Shown in pieces: positions 61,320 to 64,000 of a DNA stretch of 64,000 nt. Source of the stretch: a virus (taxonomy: Duplodnaviria > Caudoviricetes); the IMG/VR virus record IMGVR_UViG_3300042477_000769. One strand, written 5' to 3'. Both the position numbers and the translations under genes were made by a program. The notes beneath the pieces were generated by a model, which saw nothing but the letters and a program-made list of their open reading frames with translations, ran no database searches and was not told the origin of the DNA. Every line of letters begins with the position of its first letter. Within the stretch, counting starts at the first letter, position 1.

Positions 61320-62051
61320 ATGGCTACCCAATTAACTCCATCACAATTAGATAAAATACAAGAGCTCTACCATCAAGGTTTGGGCTCTCGTAAAATTGCC
61401 CTAATAATTGGAGTTAACAGAAGTACTATTCAAAGAAGTTATCAACAACTTCAGTTAAATAGTGCGGCTAAAAAATTACCTCGATTAGCTTCTCAATATA
61501 CGGAAAAATATTGCAAAATTTGTGGCGATCTTAAAAAGATAGAGTTTTTTAGAAAACGATGCAATCAGAAAACACAACGAATTTCTTTTGAAAGCTATTG
61601 TAAAGAGTGCGAATATAGAAGAAATAACGAGAGATTAAAAAGAGCAGCTAAAATATTAAGACAGACTAATCCTAATTTTGTTATTAGAAAAAGTCTGTCT
61701 TATTTTATTTGGAAATCATTGGCCAAATCTAATTCCAGCAAACAAGATCAGAGTTGCTTGCAATTTCTTCCATATGCCATAGAGAAACTTAGATTACATT
61801 TAGAGTCACAGTTTGAACCCTGGATGAACTGGGATAATCATGGCAGTTATCGTAAACATACCTGGAACGATGATGATAGTAGTACTTGGAGTTGGCAAAT
61901 AGATCATATTATTCCACAATCAGATTTGCCGTATACTAGTATGGCAGAAGAAAATTTTCACAAAAGTTGGGCGTTAAATAATTTGAGACCTTTGTCAGCT
62001 AAGCAAAATTTATTAGATGGAGCCAGGAAAATAAGGCATAAAATTATATAA
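61320..62051 (+). CDS. HNH homing endonuclease-like protein (WQIDHI family) with N-terminal HTH
   Basis: HLESQFEPWMNWDNHG...WSWQIDHIIP...NLRPLSAKQN. Confidence 0.8.
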   Translation: MATQLTPSQLDKIQELYHQGLGSRKIALIIGVNRSTIQRSYQQLQLNSAAKKLPRLASQYTEKYCKICGDLKKIEFFRKRCNQKTQRISFESYCKECEYRRNNERLKRAAKILRQTNPNFVIRKSLSYFIWKSLAKSNSSKQDQSCLQFLPYAIEKLRLHLESQFEPWMNWDNHGSYRKHTWNDDDSSTWSWQIDHIIPQSDLPYTSMAEENFHKSWALNNLRPLSAKQNLLDGARKIRHKII

Positions 62052-62081
62052 GATAAACACTATATTGTTTAGGAGTTTACG

Positions 62082-62768
62082 ATGGCTAATGCCGCTAATA
62101 CAGGATCTACACTTACTGTGGCTGGTAGCAATGTTAATAAAACTAGCACTGCTATTTCCACTAATATTATTATTTTAGTTAATAATCAGGCCGTAGGTGC
62201 GGTACAACAAATGCAAATTAATGAGCAGAGAAATATTACAATGATCGATGAAGTCGGCACAGATGGCCATATTGATTCTGTTCCTACTAGCTCTACTAAT
62301 ATCAGTGGGAGTTGTACAAGAATTAGATTTGATCGTTTAAGAATTACTGAAGCTTTTAGTCGAGGATTTATCCATGTAGCTTCTCAAGTGTATCCTTTTG
62401 ATATTGTTATTTTAGATAAACAAAAACGAGATCAAGGAAGTCAAATTTCTACTATTATTAAAAATGTATGGATTGAAAGTCTAGGTTATACTTATGATGC
62501 TGGTAATTGGGTAATTTCTGAAAATATGGGATGGAAAGCTGAGACTATCTTTAGCGTGTTGAACAATGGTAGTTCGCAACCAGTGGCTGTGGGCGGAGAG
62601 CTTGGAATTAAGCATATGGGTGCGGGACCGAATGGTATTGTGAACATTACGAGCGGAGATGGTATTACCAACATCGAGCAATTAGTCGACACCGGCGCAA
62701 GTGGTCGTCGTGGCTCTCTCGATGCCGCCGGCTTAATTGACATTGGTTCTTCTGGAGACCTCTTCTAA
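62082..62768 (+). CDS. Tail tube protein
   Basis: Follows the sheath; VGAVQQMQINEQR..EVG...VP..ISGSCTRIRF, PFDIVI and IKNVWI.SLGYTY are tube-type motifs; AGGAG RBS. Confidence 0.8.
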   Translation: MANAANTGSTLTVAGSNVNKTSTAISTNIIILVNNQAVGAVQQMQINEQRNITMIDEVGTDGHIDSVPTSSTNISGSCTRIRFDRLRITEAFSRGFIHVASQVYPFDIVILDKQKRDQGSQISTIIKNVWIESLGYTYDAGNWVISENMGWKAETIFSVLNNGSSQPVAVGGELGIKHMGAGPNGIVNITSGDGITNIEQLVDTGASGRRGSLDAAGLIDIGSSGDLF

Positions 62769-62783
62769 TGATATAGTAGTGGA

Positions 62784-63668
62784 GTGAAGACCAAGTTTTT
62801 TGAACAAGCTCCACTGAGACACCAAAATAAATATAATTACTCGCAAGTCAATTATGTCGATCATAAAACTAAAGTAATTATTATTTGCACTCAACATGGG
62901 GAGTTTTCACAGACTCCCCATGCGCATTTAAAGGGGCAAGGATGTCCAGTTTGTGGTCGATTAAAAACTAGACAAGCTAAAAAATTAACCACTGCACATT
63001 TTATTACCCGAGCTCAACAAAAGCATGGAAATAAATACTCTTATTTGAAAAGTAATTATCAAGGCCAAGATCAATTAATCGAAATTATTTGTGCTACTCA
63101 TGGAAGCTTTTTCCAGCGAGCAGCGGATCATTGGAGTGGGCACGGTTGCAATCAATGTGCCATGCAACAACGACATCAACAATTATCTTTAACTACTGAA
63201 CAATTTATTAACAAATGTAAAATAATACATGGAGATAAATACAATTATCATTTAGTTAATTATTTAAAACAAGACGAAATGGTGGAAATAGTTTGTCCGT
63301 ATCATGGTAATTTCTGGCAACGAGCAGTTTATCATCTACAGGGTTGTGATTGCCCTAAGTGTGCGTTAAATGGCATTTCTGAAGGAGAAACTATCTGGTT
63401 AAACGGTTTAGATATTAAGGAGCGTCAAGTTACTTTAGTGATTGACAATAAAAAAATTAAAGTAGATGGTTACGATAGAGATAATAATACAATTTATGAA
63501 TATTATGGAAATTATTGGCATGGTAATCCTCAAGTTTTTGAGCCAGAAGATATGAATAAATCAGTCGGATTAACTTTTGGGGAATTATATCAAAAAACAT
63601 TAGATCGGGAACGATTAATAAAAAAGGCGGGATTTAATTTAATAATAAAATGGGAAACGGATATATAG
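62784..63668 (+). CDS. DUF723-like repeat plus PD-(D/E)xK endonuclease; putative homing endonuclease
   Basis: Three HG.KY.Y..V.Y...IIC..HG.F.Q...H..G.GC..C repeats; KVDGYD...IYEYYGNYWHG. Confidence 0.75.
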   Translation: MKTKFFEQAPLRHQNKYNYSQVNYVDHKTKVIIICTQHGEFSQTPHAHLKGQGCPVCGRLKTRQAKKLTTAHFITRAQQKHGNKYSYLKSNYQGQDQLIEIICATHGSFFQRAADHWSGHGCNQCAMQQRHQQLSLTTEQFINKCKIIHGDKYNYHLVNYLKQDEMVEIVCPYHGNFWQRAVYHLQGCDCPKCALNGISEGETIWLNGLDIKERQVTLVIDNKKIKVDGYDRDNNTIYEYYGNYWHGNPQVFEPEDMNKSVGLTFGELYQKTLDRERLIKKAGFNLIIKWETDI

Positions 63669-63684
63669 ATAATTAGGAGAAATT

Positions 63685-64000
63685 ATGCCCAAATATGATA
63701 GCCCATTAGGTTCTAAAAATATTAATGCCCCCTCGTTAAGAGAGTTTGATGTGTCGGATGAGAGTGAGATGCAGCCCATTATGAGGAACCAAGGGCCTGG
63801 ATTACATGGATCTCAGCCGCCAATTAATTTAAATGCGGCTTATGAATTTCAACAGAAATTAAATCGTCAGCCAACCTCTTTTCAAGATGACATGCAATTA
63901 GAGAGAGAGATTAAAGAGGCCAAAGTAGCGAAAATAACTGGCAAAGAACGATTAAATGAAGGGGCCAGACGTCGAATTGAGATGTTAGTCGGCATGACAC
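63685..64000 (+). CDS. 3'-truncated ORF after the tube gene, possibly a tail assembly chaperone (positional guess)
   Basis: AGGAG RBS; manual translation MPKYDSPLGSKNINAPSLREFDVSDE...RRRIEMLVGMT runs off the window end. Confidence 0.6.
   Translation, partial: MPKYDSPLGSKNINAPSLREFDVSDESEMQPIMRNQGPGLHGSQPPINLNAAYEFQQKLNRQPTSFQDDMQLEREIKEAKVAKITGKERLNEGARRRIEMLVGMT

Noticed and set aside
54-63668. Group I introns or inteins hosting the endonucleases
   Set aside because: Each endonuclease lies between complete genes with their own starts and stops; no split gene, Hint motif or intron core was seen.
1-64000. Alternative genetic code (stop-codon reassignment)
   Set aside because: Genes are intact under code 11, and TAG (332, 5070, 44934) and TGA (3964, 14534, 15715) end genes at sensible places.
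1-64000. tRNA, rRNA, integrase or IS elements, and a host assignment
   Set aside because: No cloverleaf, rRNA, transposase or integrase motifs were recognised, and nothing in the window identifies the host reliably.

Overview
A 64-kb AT-rich (about 30% GC by eye) segment of the virion-morphogenesis region of a large tailed phage with a contractile tail, standard genetic code and Shine-Dalgarno leaders. In order it carries: a prohead protease-scaffold fusion, a block of candidate internal head proteins, two decoration-like paralogs, an HK97-type major capsid protein, an AsnB-like/DNA-methyltransferase/CCA-adding-enzyme island, a 2309-aa collagen-like fibre followed directly by an 8-gene glycosylation and sugar-synthesis cluster, then neck, fibre/spike, tail-terminator, sheath and tube genes. 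About ten free-standing homing-endonuclease-like genes are interleaved. The main leads are (1) a candidate phage-encoded system for glycosylating a roughly 400-nm Thr/Ser-rich collagen fibre with a C-methylated deoxysugar, (2) sharp GC-rich patches in conserved genes exactly next to endonuclease genes, suggesting synonymous recoding for self-immunity, and (3) a paralogous family of probably protease-processed, partly membrane-spanning internal head proteins. All functional calls come from motif recognition by eye; no database searches were run.
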